Part shown: positions 24,630 through 25,404 of the stretch, piece after piece
Layout of the letters: each line of letters starts with the position of its first letter
How positions within the stretch are numbered: position 1 is the first letter of the stretch
Virus record (IMG/VR): IMGVR_UViG_3300033273_000550
Location: 166,013-191,416 of that record
From: a virus
Length of the DNA: 25,404 nt
Direction: 5' to 3' (one strand)
Position numbers and translations under genes: made by a program
Notes under the pieces: generated by a model
What the model was told of the DNA's origin: nothing
Seen by the model: only the letters and a program-made list of their open reading frames with translations
Databases searched by the model: none

Positions 24630-25404
24630 ATGATAAGAACAGCAGAGGTAGTAACACCTAAACATCCGGACAAAATATGCGACAGAATATCAGATGCTAT
24701 ATTAGACGCATGTCTTCAACAAGATCCAAATACAAGAGCAGCGATAGAAACTATGGGTGGTCATGGTATCATAACAGTTACTGGAGAACTTACCACAACA
24801 GCATATGTAGAGATTCCTGATATAGTTAAATCAGTTTATGGAGAAGATATAGGTATTCAGGTAAATATAGTTAAACAGTCACCAGAAATATCTCAAGGAG
24901 TTGATACTGGCGGTGCAGGTGATCAAGGAATAATGATCGGTTACGCTTGTAATGAAAATGAAGATTATGTTCCTCAAGAATATTATTTAGCAAGAAAACT
25001 AGCTCAAGAGATATATCATAGATATCCATATGATGGCAAAACCCAGGTAACTATTGATGGAGAGAAACTTAGAGTAGTTGCTTCATTCCAGAACGCTCCT
25101 TCTTCTGAATTAGAAGAGATTGTTAGAGGGTACTTTGCTCAATACTCTAAATATACGTTAGAAGAAGTACATTGTAATCCTGCTGGAGATTGGAATATAG
25201 GAGGATTTGTTGCTGATACAGGATTAACTGGTAGGAAGTTAGCTGTAGATAATTATGGACCTAGAGTTCCTCTTGGTGGAGGAGCATTTAGCGGTAAAGA
25301 CTGTACTAAAGTAGATAGGTCAGCTGCTTATATGGCTAGAAAGATTGCTGTAGATTTTCTTAAGGAATGGGATGCTGAAGAAGTGTTAGTTAGATTAGCT
25401 TACG
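24630..25404 (+). CDS. metK: S-adenosylmethionine synthetase, compact form, 3'-truncated by the window (not in the ORF track)
   Basis: Translated from ATG 24630: TAEVVTPKHPDKICDRISDAILD, QSPEISQGVD, GAGDQGIMIGYA, DGKTQVT, DTGLTGRKLAVDNYG and GGGAFSGKDCTKVDRSAAYMAR. Confidence 0.96.
   Translation, partial: MIRTAEVVTPKHPDKICDRISDAILDACLQQDPNTRAAIETMGGHGIITVTGELTTTAYVEIPDIVKSVYGEDIGIQVNIVKQSPEISQGVDTGGAGDQGIMIGYACNENEDYVPQEYYLARKLAQEIYHRYPYDGKTQVTIDGEKLRVVASFQNAPSSELEEIVRGYFAQYSKYTLEEVHCNPAGDWNIGGFVADTGLTGRKLAVDNYGPRVPLGGGAFSGKDCTKVDRSAAYMARKIAVDFLKEWDAEEVLVRLAY

Noticed and set aside
1-25404. Stop-codon reassignment as in some Bacteroidota phages
   Set aside because: Genes are full length under code 11, and TAG, TGA and TAA all end genes at tight junctions.
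1-25404. CRISPR arrays, tRNA/rRNA genes, IS elements, introns or inteins
   Set aside because: Intergenic gaps are tiny, I saw no repeat-spacer or cloverleaf pattern or transposase, and PolA has no evident intein.

Overview
AT-rich, gene-dense window with every credible gene on the + strand. Many stop/start codons overlap (ATGA, TAATG) and there are no obvious Shine-Dalgarno sites. It is most likely a DNA-metabolism/accessory region of a large bacteriophage infecting Bacteroidota (Flavobacteria-like). This is an inference from a phage-type family A polymerase lacking a 5'-3' exonuclease domain, short orphan ORFs and a Bacteroidota-type TonB receptor and DUF2061; no virion genes are in the window. 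The core is a complete 7-deazaguanine pathway (folE, queD, queE, queC, queF, making preQ1). It is linked to a tightly coupled block of TGT/DpdA-like protein, PurN-like formyltransferase, P-loop kinase, MazG-like pyrophosphohydrolase and queF. Nearby are a Gpt-like phosphoribosyltransferase, a PD-(D/E)XK nuclease, a motif-divergent PolA and metK (truncated by the window end). Together these point to DNA carrying N-formyl-preQ1 in place of G, possibly made at the nucleotide level before replication. A preQ1-I-like riboswitch lies between a promoter and queD, and a second small pseudoknot candidate precedes queC. Interleaved are glycan-tailoring genes (glycosyltransferases, methyltransferase, a putative PAPS module, carbamoyltransferase, SGNH proteins, cupins), a lipoprotein nuclease next to a TonB-dependent receptor, and a recurring TTG-N(19-20)-TATATT promoter. 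All calls are from motif recognition by eye; no searches were run.
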